Of a DNA stretch of 64,000 nucleotides, positions 1-10,168 are shown piece after piece (position 1 is the stretch's first letter; each line of letters begins with the position of its first letter). This stretch comes from Ignavibacteriaceae bacterium. Lineage in GTDB: Bacteria; Bacteroidota; Ignavibacteria; Ignavibacteriales; Ignavibacteriaceae. The translations under genes were made by a program, and so were the position numbers. Below the pieces are notes generated by a model that did not search any database, was not told the DNA's origin, and worked only from the letters and a program-made list of their open reading frames with translations. The stretch is taken from contig JAHBUO010000003.1 of the NCBI GenBank assembly GCA_019638025.1, forward strand, positions 53,194 through 117,193, in the 5' to 3' direction.

Positions 1-1832
1 GCCGGTCTATGAAAATATCGACGAACTCCTCCACCGGTACCATAATTAAGAACATCTTGCATCATGTTAGCAATAATTCCTGCAGTTTCAGCCGACATGG
101 CTTCACGGAATTCCGGTCTGAATTCATCAATCACAATTCCATTTCTATCTTCAATTTTCAGAATAGAAATTGGACTTACGTAAATTCCACCGTTTGCAAA
201 AACACCAAAAGCTGAATTCATCTCTAGGGGTGAAATTTCTGCGGTTCCAAGAGCGATAGATGGATATGGAGGTATTTCTGCAGAAATGCCCATCTTTCTA
301 GCTAAACGTATTACCTGTTCAGGGGGAGCGTATTCACCAATAGTCAATCTACCTGCAACTACGTTAACTGATTTAGCCAACGCTTCTCGGAGTGTCATAT
401 ATCCTGTGTACTCATTATCAGCGTTAGATGGCGACCACCCATTATAATCAAACTTTTGATTCAATAAAGCAAATGCAGGATAGAATCCATTTTCAACTGC
501 TTGTGCATAAATGAGAGGTTTAAATGATGATCCCGGTTGCCGTTTTATTTGGGTAACGTGATTCAATCCATAAAAGAATTCTTGATTTTCTCCACCGACC
601 ATTGCTCGAATCTCTCCGTTGTGCGGGTCGGAGACAACGAATCCTGTCTGAATCGTTTCCTCAACTTTTTTAACTGAATCAACAAAGTTTTTATCATTTG
701 ATAATCTATTGATGAGCAGTGCCCTATCAGATGGAGAGCCTTCCCGATACTCAGGCAATGATTTAATTGCTTTATCGACCAACGAATTTAGAATTTTTTG
801 ATATCTATCCCAGTTCCAATTCTTATTGAATAATTGCTGATATTCCTTTAAATGCTCAGAAGCAACTTTATTTGCAATTCGTTGCATCCTTAAATCAAGA
901 GTTGTATAGATACTTAATCCATCACGATACAAATCATAACCATATTTTTCAGACATTGCAGACATTTGTTGTCTGATATATTCCATAAAATGTGGGGCTT
1001 CACTACTAATTTTGATTGTGTTTCCGCCGGCTAAAACAATTGGTTCTTCTTTCAATCTGTTATATTCATCTAAGGTGAGGTAGCCCGGCTCAATCATATT
1101 ATAGAGAACAAGATTCCTTCTGCGTAAAGAATTTTCGGGGCGACGCACCGGATCATAAAATACATGTGATTTTAATAGAGCTACGAGCAATGCTGATTCT
1201 GTTATAGTAAGATCTTTCGCATGTTTATCGAAATATGTTTTTGCCCCGGTTTCAATTCCATAAGCGCTTTTTCCAAGAAAAGAAACATTGAGATAAAGTT
1301 CCATTATTTCTTTCTTTGTGTATGTCCTTTCAATTTGAATGGCTGTGATCCATTCTCGAATCTTTCTTACTGCAGTATCAAACGTTGTCTCTTTAGTCCC
1401 CTTCAAAGAGTATAGATTTTTTGCTAATTGTTGTGTTAAAGTACTTGCTCCTTCACGTGAGAAGGTGAAAATATTTTTAATCATAGCTTTAATAAATCTA
1501 TCTACATCCACACCCCAATGATCAAAAAATTTTCTATCTTCAGTAGCGATTAGTGCATGTATAAAATGTTGTGGAATACTATCGTAATCCGTTTCAATGC
1601 GGTTTTCGATGTAAAACTGCCCAAGCAACTCCCCATCGATAGTATAAACTTTGCTTGCTAATTGTGGTTTCGGGTTTTCTAATTCAGAGAGGGGTGGCAG
1701 ACCATCAATTACATAGTAAGAAAAACCTCCTAATACCAATATGAAGATTATGATAACAGAGACTACCAAAAATGGATGCCTTTTTGTGAATGACACTTTC
1801 ATCGGTTTATTTTGCTTGGTGTTAGAACTCAT
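1..1832 (-). CDS. mrcA: Class A penicillin-binding protein (PBP1A-type glycosyltransferase/transpeptidase); 3' end runs off the window
   Basis: Absent from the ORF track because its stop lies outside the window. My own minus-strand translation from the ATG at 1832 gives MSSNTKQNKPMKVSF... followed by a TM anchor. GT51 motifs are present (IATEDRKFFDHWGVD, GASTLTQQLAKN, RKIREW), followed by transpeptidase SxxK (SGSSFKP) and SxN (KSVN). The frame stays open to position 1. Confidence 0.9.
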   Translation of the reverse strand, partial: MSSNTKQNKPMKVSFTKRHPFLVVSVIIIFILVLGGFSYYVIDGLPPLSELENPKPQLASKVYTIDGELLGQFYIENRIETDYDSIPQHFIHALIATEDRKFFDHWGVDVDRFIKAMIKNIFTFSREGASTLTQQLAKNLYSLKGTKETTFDTAVRKIREWITAIQIERTYTKKEIMELYLNVSFLGKSAYGIETGAKTYFDKHAKDLTITESALLVALLKSHVFYDPVRRPENSLRRRNLVLYNMIEPGYLTLDEYNRLKEEPIVLAGGNTIKISSEAPHFMEYIRQQMSAMSEKYGYDLYRDGLSIYTTLDLRMQRIANKVASEHLKEYQQLFNKNWNWDRYQKILNSLVDKAIKSLPEYREGSPSDRALLINRLSNDKNFVDSVKKVEETIQTGFVVSDPHNGEIRAMVGGENQEFFYGLNHVTQIKRQPGSSFKPLIYAQAVENGFYPAFALLNQKFDYNGWSPSNADNEYTGYMTLREALAKSVNVVAGRLTIGEYAPPEQVIRLARKMGISAEIPPYPSIALGTAEISPLEMNSAFGVFANGGIYVSPISILKIEDRNGIVIDEFRPEFREAMSAETAGIIANMMQDVLNYGTGGGVRRYFHRP

Positions 1833-1833
1833 A

Positions 1834-2571
1834 TTATTCCCAATCAACTATCTGAAAATTATTTTCATGAAAAATTCCATAACATGGTTTTTCCAACCAC
1901 GAACCAAGATTTATATATCTGCCATTTTTATACTTAATATTTTGGCGTTGATGAAGATGTCCGAAGATGACGTATTCCGCACCTTCTTCTATCTTTTGTT
2001 GAGCAGCACTTAAAAGACCATCGGCTTCACCGTAGTCTTTGCCGGTGGTATATTCTCTGCTTGACTTACTTGTTCCACTGGCAATTTTAATTCCAATATC
2101 CGGATGAAGCCATGAATAAAGTTCCTGAACAAACTTATTCCGGAGAACTTTTTTTAGAATTCTGTATCCTAAATCGTTTTGAACTAAGCCATCTCCATGA
2201 GCGATAAAAAACTTTGTTCCGTTAAGAGTGAAAAAACCACCATCATCATACAACTCAACTCCGATTTCATTTTCAAAAAAATCTCGATGCATAAAATCGT
2301 GATTACCAATCAGGTAATGAATTTTTACTCCACTTATTACTAAATCATTCAATGCTGTGAGTGTACGGTAAAAACCTTTTTGATAAACTCTACGGTACTC
2401 AAACCAGAAATCATATAAATCACCAACTATGAAAAGCTCACAATCCTTATTTTTAAGCGAATATAAAAGTTTAACTAGCGATGACTCCTTCTTTTTCTCT
2501 CGCTCAGCTCCTTCAAGGCCCAAATGAATATCTGAAATAAAATAATAAGCTTTACTCAATTCACTTGTCAC
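1834..2571 (-). CDS. lpxH: UDP-2,3-diacylglucosamine diphosphatase (LpxH-type metallophosphoesterase)
   Basis: Calcineurin-like motifs appear in order: ISDIHLG, GDLYDFW, GNHD, HGD, GHLH. The track ORF extends to 2655 but overlaps the upstream gene by about 95 nt. An in-frame GTG at 2571 (or TTG at 2559) gives the usual short N-terminus before YFISDIHLG. Confidence 0.85.
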   Translation of the reverse strand: MTSELSKAYYFISDIHLGLEGAEREKKKESSLVKLLYSLKNKDCELFIVGDLYDFWFEYRRVYQKGFYRTLTALNDLVISGVKIHYLIGNHDFMHRDFFENEIGVELYDDGGFFTLNGTKFFIAHGDGLVQNDLGYRILKKVLRNKFVQELYSWLHPDIGIKIASGTSKSSREYTTGKDYGEADGLLSAAQQKIEEGAEYVIFGHLHQRQNIKYKNGRYINLGSWLEKPCYGIFHENNFQIVDWE

Positions 2572-4243
2572 TTTTCTTTTTTGAAATATTTGCCAACAAC
2601 CAACCTTTTGAATCCGGTTTGATGGCAATTGGTTTTTCAGCAAACTCGAATTCAAATTTATTATTCATCTTATCAATTCTCATAGTTTTCTCAATATTGT
2701 GATTATTGAATTCAAATTGAACATCAAGCGGAAAATTGTAAGGTTTATCCAATTCTACTTGGTCGATAAATAACTCAACAACAAATTTATCATTAACTTG
2801 CTTCACTTTATAATCATAAATTATGTTAAGAAAACCAAAATCATTGAACAACCATTGATTAAAAAATAATGACAAATCCAATTTGGAAGTTTCTTCAGCA
2901 ATATGTATAAAATCAGAAGTTGAAGCAGAAGAATATTGATACAATTTATGATATTTATTTAACATAAGAAAAAAAGTTGAGTCTCCGACTTCTCTTCTCA
3001 ACATGTGTAAAATCCAAGCTCCTTTATTATAAACTAAATTACCAAAAAGGTTTTTAGGGTCGTAAACTATTCCACTAAAATCTTGTTTGATTTTGTTCAT
3101 CTCATTTGTAAGAACTGTTTCACCAAATTTCCACTCGTTATAAAGTGCTTCAGAATAAGTAGCAAAACCTTCATTTAACCAAATATCTTTCCACTCTTTT
3201 GGAGCAACCGAGTTTCCCCACCAATGATGAGCTAATTCGTGCAATAGCATATCATTAAAAAATTTTTTCCCGGTTATGAAATTTGAACCTAATCCCGTTA
3301 CTGTTTGGTTTTCCATCGCTCCCATCTGCCAAAGAAAAACGGCAACTGCATACTTTTCTTTCATAAATGGATACTCTCCAAATGTATCACTTAAAAACCG
3401 TAACATTGAAGGATGTTCTTCAAAATCTATTTTCGCCTTTTCTTCTTGTCCAGGAAGTACATAGTAGAATAATGGTAAGGTATCTTTTTGAGAATTAATG
3501 TAGTAATCTTTTAATACTGAATATTCAGAAGAATAGACTGATATCAAATAAGTGGATATAGGATAAAAAGTTTTATAATGAAATATCCTTGTTGAATCAG
3601 TTTCGTTTTCAGAAATAAGTTTTCCGTTTGATACAGATATGAACTTCTTTGAATTTTCGATTCTCATATCCAGCAAGGCTTTATCACTCGGAATATCATT
3701 ACACGGAAACCATGAAGATGCGTGTTCGGGCTCATTAATATTATATACTAATGAGTTTCCATTGATACTTCCAAAAACAAAACCTGAAAGCCCAACTCTC
3801 TTTGGAGTCCCATGATACTTTATCAGAACAGAAACAGTATCACTATTTATCAATTTATGTGGAATAAAGATTTTATTATTTGATTGATTAAAATCTACGC
3901 TCCTATTATTTATGCTAAGTGAACTGATTTTCATGTTGTCATAAAAATTTAAGACAATTGTGTCAATATCCTTAATCGGGGAATAAAGTTTAATGATTGT
4001 TAATCCATCTATTATTTTAGAATTAACATCGAGTTTTAAGTATATATCATAATGAAGGACATCAATAGAATATTGGTTCTTGGAGATATATTCTGAATCA
4101 TTTCTTCCAATTTCTGAAACAGTTATAAAACTTATATCGTCAAAATTTTTGAATCTATTTCTGGAAACAGAAAAAAATGAGATTGACATGATAAATGAAG
4201 CAACAAGGAAAAATTTATAATGCTTATTTAAGTTCAAAATCAA
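2561..4243 (-). CDS. M1-family zinc aminopeptidase (aminopeptidase N-like), membrane-anchored or secreted
   Basis: Has the GAMEN exopeptidase motif (MGAMENQT) and the zinc site HELAHHWWGN...WLNEGFATY (HEXXH-18-E). The N-terminus is hydrophobic. Confidence 0.9.
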   Translation of the reverse strand: MILNLNKHYKFFLVASFIMSISFFSVSRNRFKNFDDISFITVSEIGRNDSEYISKNQYSIDVLHYDIYLKLDVNSKIIDGLTIIKLYSPIKDIDTIVLNFYDNMKISSLSINNRSVDFNQSNNKIFIPHKLINSDTVSVLIKYHGTPKRVGLSGFVFGSINGNSLVYNINEPEHASSWFPCNDIPSDKALLDMRIENSKKFISVSNGKLISENETDSTRIFHYKTFYPISTYLISVYSSEYSVLKDYYINSQKDTLPLFYYVLPGQEEKAKIDFEEHPSMLRFLSDTFGEYPFMKEKYAVAVFLWQMGAMENQTVTGLGSNFITGKKFFNDMLLHELAHHWWGNSVAPKEWKDIWLNEGFATYSEALYNEWKFGETVLTNEMNKIKQDFSGIVYDPKNLFGNLVYNKGAWILHMLRREVGDSTFFLMLNKYHKLYQYSSASTSDFIHIAEETSKLDLSLFFNQWLFNDFGFLNIIYDYKVKQVNDKFVVELFIDQVELDKPYNFPLDVQFEFNNHNIEKTMRIDKMNNKFEFEFAEKPIAIKPDSKGWLLANISKKKSDK

Positions 4244-6219
4244 TACTCAATCAGTTTTACAAGCTTTTTGAAAAAACGCTCTTTTGGCAAAAACTGATGC
4301 TCCAATTCGATAGAAAATGGAACAGGTGTATCGAGAGAACCTTCTCTAAAAATGGGCGCATCTAAAAACTCAAAACAATTTTCATTAATTGAAGCACTGA
4401 TGTCCCCACCAAGTCCTCCGGTTAGACAATCTTCATGCAATATTATACATTTACCTGTTTTCTTCACACTATTGAAAACTGTCTCTTTGTCCCAAGGTAA
4501 CAGAGTTCTCAAATCAATTAAGTCAGCGGAAATATTTCCAATCTTTCGAATAGCTTCTTCTGCCCAATGAACACCCATGCCGTAAGTAATAATCGAAATA
4601 TCATTCCCCTCATGTACTAAACGAGCTTTTCCGATTTCTTGAGTATAATAATCATCGGGAATCGTATCGCTCATAGAACGATACAATACTTTGTGTTCAA
4701 AAAACATAACCGGATTTGGGTCTTCAATTGCTGCGAGTAACAACCCTTTTACATCAAATGGATTACTTGGATAAACAATTTTTAAGCCTGGTGTGTGTGT
4801 AAACCATGCTTCGTTTGATTGAGAATGAAAAGGACCTGCACCGACACCCGCACCGGTAGGCATCCTAACAACAACATCTGCATTTTGCCCCCATCTGTAA
4901 TGAAGTTTTGCAAGATTATTAACTATTTGATTGAATCCACTTGAAACAAAATCTGCGAACTGCATTTCTACAACTGCTTTTCCTCCTTTTATTGAAAAAC
5001 CCATAGCAGCTCCAATAATTGCTGATTCGCATAGTGGAGTATTTCGTACTCTCTCTTTACCAAAAACTTTTACAAATCCATCAGTAACTTTAAAAGCACC
5101 TCCATATTCAGCAATATCTTGTCCCATCAAAATAAGTTCAGGAAACTTTTTCATTGCGCTACTTAAGGCATCCGAGATAGCATTAATAAATCTCTTCTCT
5201 GACTTTGAATCACTATTTGGATAAGTAATTGAAAACTTATTTGATTTGTATACATCGGATAATTCTTCATCAAGACTTGGAGTGATTGATTCTTCATCTT
5301 CAGCTGAATCCCAGGCAGTATTAATTTGATCAGATATTTCATTTCGAATTTTTTCAATTTCTACTTGAGAAATTAATTTCTCTAATAATAAAAATTGTTC
5401 GAAATTTTGAATTGGGTCTTTTTGTTTCCATTCCTCAAAGAGATGTTTTGGTACATACTTGGTTCCTGAGGCCTCTTCATGCCCTCTCATTCTAAAGGTT
5501 AAGGCTTCAATTAAAATCGGTCGTGGTTTTTGTCTTATTTCTTCAGCATATTTTTTTATTGTTGAATAAACCTCAACGACATTATTCCCATCAACAATAA
5601 CCGATTCCATTCCATAACCAATTCCTTTATCAGCAATAAATTTGCATCGAAATTGATCTTGCGAGGGAGTTGATAATCCATAACCATTATTCTCAACAAT
5701 AAAAATTACCGGTAAATCCCAAACAGCAGCTAAATTAAGTCCTTCGTGGAAGTCACCTTCACTCGTACCACCGTCTCCGCTGAAAACAATTGTAACTTTC
5801 CGTTCATTTTTCAATTTGGAGAACAATGCAATTCCATCAGCAACTGCAAGTTGTGGACCGAGATGTGAGATCATACCAACAATATAATGTTCGAGGGAAC
5901 CAAAATGGAATGACCGATCCCTCCCCTTAGTAAAACCGTTTTTCTTTCCTTGAAATTGTGAAAATAGTTTTTGTAATGGAATATTCCGACCGGTAAAAAT
6001 TCCAAGATTTCTTATTAGTGGAAGCACAAATTCATCGGGATAAAGTGCGCTAACAGCACCAACTGAAATAGCTTCTTGACCAATGCCGGAGAACCATTTT
6101 GATATTTTTCCTTGACGCAAAAGATTCAGCATCTTTTCTTCAATCAACCGTGGAAGAAGAAGGGAACGGTATAATTCAATTAGCTTTTCGGTAGAAATAT
6201 CTTGAGTATTAAATTTCAT
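4240..6219 (-). CDS. Fused alpha/beta E1 component of a TPP-dependent 2-oxoacid (branched-chain keto acid type) dehydrogenase
   Basis: The N-terminal half carries the E1-alpha TPP-binding signature (GDGGTSEGDFHEGLNLAA...ENNGYG). The C-terminal half is E1-beta-like (RNTPLCESAIIGAAMG, EMQFADF, PFHSQS). A 659-aa single chain is typical of Bacteroidota-style fusions. Confidence 0.9.
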   Translation of the reverse strand: MKFNTQDISTEKLIELYRSLLLPRLIEEKMLNLLRQGKISKWFSGIGQEAISVGAVSALYPDEFVLPLIRNLGIFTGRNIPLQKLFSQFQGKKNGFTKGRDRSFHFGSLEHYIVGMISHLGPQLAVADGIALFSKLKNERKVTIVFSGDGGTSEGDFHEGLNLAAVWDLPVIFIVENNGYGLSTPSQDQFRCKFIADKGIGYGMESVIVDGNNVVEVYSTIKKYAEEIRQKPRPILIEALTFRMRGHEEASGTKYVPKHLFEEWKQKDPIQNFEQFLLLEKLISQVEIEKIRNEISDQINTAWDSAEDEESITPSLDEELSDVYKSNKFSITYPNSDSKSEKRFINAISDALSSAMKKFPELILMGQDIAEYGGAFKVTDGFVKVFGKERVRNTPLCESAIIGAAMGFSIKGGKAVVEMQFADFVSSGFNQIVNNLAKLHYRWGQNADVVVRMPTGAGVGAGPFHSQSNEAWFTHTPGLKIVYPSNPFDVKGLLLAAIEDPNPVMFFEHKVLYRSMSDTIPDDYYTQEIGKARLVHEGNDISIITYGMGVHWAEEAIRKIGNISADLIDLRTLLPWDKETVFNSVKKTGKCIILHEDCLTGGLGGDISASINENCFEFLDAPIFREGSLDTPVPFSIELEHQFLPKERFFKKLVKLIEY

Positions 6220-6240
6220 TCAGTATATGTTTTCCACAAA

Positions 6241-7605
6241 TTATTTAATAAAAACAGTCTTAATATTTACAAATTCTTTTATTCCAAAAGGAGAAAGTTC
6301 ACGTCCATAACCGGATTCGTTGATACCACCAAAAGGTAAACGGGGATCAGATTTCACAAATGTATTAATAAAACAAGAACCTGCATTAATATTATTTTTT
6401 GCGATTGATTCTGCAAGAGCTAAATTTTGTGAGAAGACAGCGGCTCCCAAACCAAATGGAGTATCGTTTGCAATTCTGATTGCATCTTCTTGATCTATAG
6501 CTTTGATAACAGATGCAACAGGTCCAAATAACTCCTCATCATATGCCGGCATTCCGGGTCTAACATCTGTTAGGATTGTGGGGGGATAAAATGCACCGGC
6601 ATGGTCAGGAATAAATCCTCCTAATAATTTTTGGGCACCCATTTCGATACTTTTTAAGACTTGCCGGTGAAGTTCATCACGCAATTCAGTTTTAGCTTGT
6701 GGTCCAAGGTCGTTAACTTCGTTCATCGGATCACCCATTTTTTTTGATTTCATAACTTCACAAAAAAGAGAAACAAAATCATCATAAATTTCTTCAACGA
6801 CAATAAATCTTTTTCCTGCGATACAGCTTTGTCCTCCATTAATAAGTCTAGCTATAACACATGCATTTACAGTTTGCTCTAAGTCTGCATCTTTTAAGAT
6901 TACATATGGATCACTTCCACCAAGCTCTAATACGGTTTTCTTTAGAACATTACCTGCAGTTGATGCAATACTTTTTCCGGCTGGAGTACTCCCTGTTAAT
7001 GTAACCGCTTTTATTTTGGGATTCTCAATTACAGCTTTAACTTTTGAAGAAGAAGCTAATATTGTCCTAAAAAGATTTTTTTCAAATCCGGCTTCTTCAA
7101 AAATTTTTTCGATTGCAAGTGCACACCCAGAGACATTTGAAGCATGTTTTAACAATCCCGCATTACCGGCCATTATATTTGGTGCGGCAAATCTAAACAC
7201 TTGCCAAAATGGAAAATTCCATGGCATAACTGCTAATACAATTCCAATTGAATTATAGGTTATAAAACTCTTTGTTGCATCAGTTTCAACTATTTCATCA
7301 GAAAGAAAATCTGCAGCATTCTTAGCATAGTACTCACAGACCCAAGCACATTTATCTACTTCCGCTCTTGATTGAATTATTGGTTTCCCCATTTCTTGAG
7401 TCATCAGGATTGATAATTCTTCTCGTTGTGACCTTAATAGTTCAGCGGCCGTTAACATTTTTTCTGAGCGCTCTTCAAAAGAAGATTTTAAATTAACCAA
7501 ATATGCTTGATGAGTTAAATCTATAATTTCAATTATCTCTTCAGTTGTATGTTCATTATATTCTCTTAACAGTTCGTTATTGAAAGGATTTATTGATTGT
7601 AGCAT
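6241..7605 (-). CDS. NAD(P)-dependent aldehyde dehydrogenase (succinate-semialdehyde dehydrogenase-like)
   Basis: ALDH-family length (454 aa). Catalytic Glu motif LELGGSDP, catalytic Cys region NGGQSCIAGKRF, and the PFGG(I)NESGYGRE C-terminal motif are present. Confidence 0.88.
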   Translation of the reverse strand: MLQSINPFNNELLREYNEHTTEEIIEIIDLTHQAYLVNLKSSFEERSEKMLTAAELLRSQREELSILMTQEMGKPIIQSRAEVDKCAWVCEYYAKNAADFLSDEIVETDATKSFITYNSIGIVLAVMPWNFPFWQVFRFAAPNIMAGNAGLLKHASNVSGCALAIEKIFEEAGFEKNLFRTILASSSKVKAVIENPKIKAVTLTGSTPAGKSIASTAGNVLKKTVLELGGSDPYVILKDADLEQTVNACVIARLINGGQSCIAGKRFIVVEEIYDDFVSLFCEVMKSKKMGDPMNEVNDLGPQAKTELRDELHRQVLKSIEMGAQKLLGGFIPDHAGAFYPPTILTDVRPGMPAYDEELFGPVASVIKAIDQEDAIRIANDTPFGLGAAVFSQNLALAESIAKNNINAGSCFINTFVKSDPRLPFGGINESGYGRELSPFGIKEFVNIKTVFIK

Positions 7606-7630
7606 AATATTTCTCCCATGTAAAACTATT

Positions 7631-8863
7631 CTACTTAATTTTTTTTATTACAACGACTGTCTTATCATCTGAGTATTGACCATCTTTTTCGAAGATCAAA
7701 ACTTCTTCAATCAAACGTAAGGCGATTTCTCTTGGACTTTGATTTCTATGCTTCAGTAACAACTCAACAATTTTTTCTTCACCATAGAAATCATAATTGT
7801 TATCAGCTGCTTCAGTCATTCCATCAGAGTAAATTAATAATATATCTCCATGATGAAAATTAATTGCTTCAGTCGAATAGACTGCTTTTGGTGCAGGACC
7901 TAACACAGGTCCGGTTGGATTTAGGAAATGAATTTCATTAGAATTTTTTTTTAGAAACAATGGAGGATTGTGCCCTGCATTTGAATAAATGAATAATCCA
8001 TTTTTATCCCGAGTTAATTCGCCATAAAAAAGAGTACTAAATCTGTCATCACTAAAAATCTTATTTACAAGACGATTCATCCTCTTCATAAGTGTTGAAA
8101 TTTTTATTTCGAACGTGGTTGCCATTCGAATTGCTCCGGAGATATACATCGCTTCTGCAGCTGCACTTATTCCTTTACTAGCTGCATCACCAAGTGCAAT
8201 ACCAAGGCGGTCTTTATCTTCTCCGATATCAAGATAATCAAAAAAATCACCTCCGATTATTTCTGCAGGAATCGTAGCACCGTAAATTTCATAATCAAAA
8301 TAATTGAACTCATGCTGCGGTAAAATGCTTTTTTGAAGTTCTCGCGCTCTATCCAAATCTGCTTTTAGATACTTCTGACTTGAGGCAGTTCTCCATTGTT
8401 TAATTTTTGAAGTTAAGACTGTAGCAATAATATTCAACGAATACTTGAACTCTGTTGTTAGGTCGCTCGAATTTACTGCTAAGATATACTCATAATAAGA
8501 CATGTTATCAATTTTAGTTCGGTTCCCCACGGCTGATGCCGCATACTTAAATATCCCCTTCTTTCTTAATACATGATTGGTTTCATGTCCGAAGATTGTT
8601 CGTTCTTTTAGAAACAAATCGAATAAAGGATAATCCTTAAGCTGGACAATAAAATCATCATTGATAGGTTCAATTTTACCATTCTGATATGCGAGGCCGT
8701 AACCTTTTTTCTCGGGAATTAATTTCCAAATTCTTCCCCCGCTAATAGCGGTTGAATCATCAGTGATTAGCTCATTTAATACGGAGATTAACATTTCCTC
8801 TTCATTAGCGTAGAATTTTGAAGAAATTTTTTCAACGGTTTTATGGAGTTTTCGATAATACAT
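7631..8863 (-). CDS. PP2C/SpoIIE-family protein serine phosphatase with an N-terminal GAF-like sensor region
   Basis: The C-terminal half has the SpoIIE/RsbU pattern (GGDFFDY, GDAASKGISAA, NAGHNPP, SDGMTEA, DDKTVVVIK). Confidence 0.85.
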   Translation of the reverse strand: MYYRKLHKTVEKISSKFYANEEEMLISVLNELITDDSTAISGGRIWKLIPEKKGYGLAYQNGKIEPINDDFIVQLKDYPLFDLFLKERTIFGHETNHVLRKKGIFKYAASAVGNRTKIDNMSYYEYILAVNSSDLTTEFKYSLNIIATVLTSKIKQWRTASSQKYLKADLDRARELQKSILPQHEFNYFDYEIYGATIPAEIIGGDFFDYLDIGEDKDRLGIALGDAASKGISAAAEAMYISGAIRMATTFEIKISTLMKRMNRLVNKIFSDDRFSTLFYGELTRDKNGLFIYSNAGHNPPLFLKKNSNEIHFLNPTGPVLGPAPKAVYSTEAINFHHGDILLIYSDGMTEAADNNYDFYGEEKIVELLLKHRNQSPREIALRLIEEVLIFEKDGQYSDDKTVVVIKKIK

Positions 8864-8961
8864 ATATAAGCAAATTTTTATTATTACAATATAAGTGAAA
8901 GGTTTTTTTATTTAAATGATTAAAGACGGTTTGTATATATAGATGTACAAACTGAAATAAA

Positions 8962-8991
8962 ATAAAAAAGTGCAGAATAATCATTCTGCAC
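8962..8991 (-). terminator. Rho-independent terminator downstream of tRNA-Thr
   Basis: 9-bp stem GTGCAGAAT/ATTCTGCAC (8970-8978 with 8983-8991), 4-nt loop, followed on the minus strand by a T-run (plus-strand A-run 8964-8969). Confidence 0.7.
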
Positions 8992-8998
8992 CCCAAAG

Positions 8999-9071
8999 AG
9001 CCAGCTGCCGGATTCGAACCGGCGACCTATTCATTACGAATGAATTGCTCTACCAACTGAGCTAAGCTGGC
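8999..9071 (-). tRNA. tRNA-Thr (anticodon CGU)
   Basis: Hand-folded cloverleaf: acceptor GCCAGCT/AGCTGGC, D-stem GCTC/GAGC, anticodon stem ATTCA/TGAAT with loop TTCGTAA (anticodon CGT), T-arm GCCGG-TTCGAAT-CCGGC. CCA is not encoded. Confidence 0.93.
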
Positions 9072-9093
9072 TTCAAAATTTAAGAAGTCGAGA

Positions 9094-9189
9094 CTATCTT
9101 AATTTCTTTTTATGTCTATTTTTTCTAAGTCTTTTTTTCCTTTTATGGGTAGACATTTTATGGCGTTTTCTTTTACGTCCGCAAGGCAT
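9094..9189 (-). CDS. 31-aa highly basic peptide, resembles the AURKAIP1/COX24 (bS22-like) small ribosomal-protein family
   Basis: Not in the ORF track because it is under 60 aa. My translation is MPCGRKRKRHKMSTHKRKKRLRKNRHKKKLR*. A perfect GGAGG (9195-9199) sits 5 nt before the ATG. The ORF lies 22 nt upstream of tRNA-Thr on the same strand. Confidence 0.65.
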   Translation of the reverse strand: MPCGRKRKRHKMSTHKRKKRLRKNRHKKKLR

Positions 9190-9213
9190 TTTTCCTCCAA
9201 TTCATTTAATTTT

Positions 9214-10167
9214 TTAATGTGATTCTAATAAATGTCGCGCTCGTTGAGCTATTTCTGTTCCGGGATTAATTTCAATTGCTTTCTGAAACCATTTGTTTGC
9301 AACTTCAACATTCCCTTTTGATAAATTTACAACTCCCAAATTAAGATGCCCAATCTGATGCATCGGATTGGTCTTAATCGCTTGTTCCATATACTTGATT
9401 GCATCATCGTATTGTTTTAACTCGAAGTAACAAACTCCCATATCAACAAGAACATCAGGAACATTTGGATTTTTTTCTAGATACTTTTTGTAGTTATCTA
9501 TTGCTTCACCGAAAATTCTGGAATCCATCAATAAATGGGCTAAATCTAACATCGCCGAATAATTTTCAGGATTATTATTAACAATATCTCTAAGTTGATT
9601 TATTTTTTGAAGATTGTTCAAATCAACAGACTGACTTTGTTCCCCTTGAGGGGGTTGTGAATTAACACTACTCTCAACTTTATGTGAATCGAACACTCCG
9701 GCTGAGTATAATATCACAATCCCCAAAACAATTACGATTGCTATTACTCCAAATAATTTTTTATCATCTATACTTTTGTAATTTGAATTTGATGATGATT
9801 TTTGAATTTTAATCGAAGAATCTTTTTTCTTATGTGAGGATTTCTTCTTAACATTATCCACGACCGGAATTTTAGGTTTCTCGGACTTAATTTCATCGCC
9901 AGGTTTTAAATTCGATTTCTTTTCAATGGTGTGTTGAACAATTTTTGGATTATCTAATTTTATTCCACACCACTCACAAAAAGAAACTGAAACTTTATTC
10001 TCAGCACCGCAATCCGAACATAATGCAAATTCTTGTACTTCTGAAAAGACTTTAGTGATAACAATCTCTCTGTCTGAGGGCTCAATTGTTAGTTCAGCTC
10101 CACATTTAGGACAAAAAGCAAAATCTTCCTGTAACTGGAAATTACACTGATTACAAACTAACGACAT
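9214..10167 (-). CDS. Membrane protein with two N-terminal zinc ribbons and C-terminal TPR repeats
   Basis: Two CxxC...CxxC ribbons (CNQCN..CPKCG and CSDCG..CEWCG), a Lys/Ser-rich linker, one TM (FGVIAIVIVLGIVILY), then about 4 TPR-like repeats. Confidence 0.75.
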   Translation of the reverse strand: MSLVCNQCNFQLQEDFAFCPKCGAELTIEPSDREIVITKVFSEVQEFALCSDCGAENKVSVSFCEWCGIKLDNPKIVQHTIEKKSNLKPGDEIKSEKPKIPVVDNVKKKSSHKKKDSSIKIQKSSSNSNYKSIDDKKLFGVIAIVIVLGIVILYSAGVFDSHKVESSVNSQPPQGEQSQSVDLNNLQKINQLRDIVNNNPENYSAMLDLAHLLMDSRIFGEAIDNYKKYLEKNPNVPDVLVDMGVCYFELKQYDDAIKYMEQAIKTNPMHQIGHLNLGVVNLSKGNVEVANKWFQKAIEINPGTEIAQRARHLLESH

Positions 10168-10168
10168 T

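Noticed and set aside
8999-9071. tRNA-Thr as an integration site for a genomic island.
   Set aside because: No integrase is adjacent, I could find no direct repeat of the tRNA 3' end nearby, and the flanking genes are ordinary and co-oriented.
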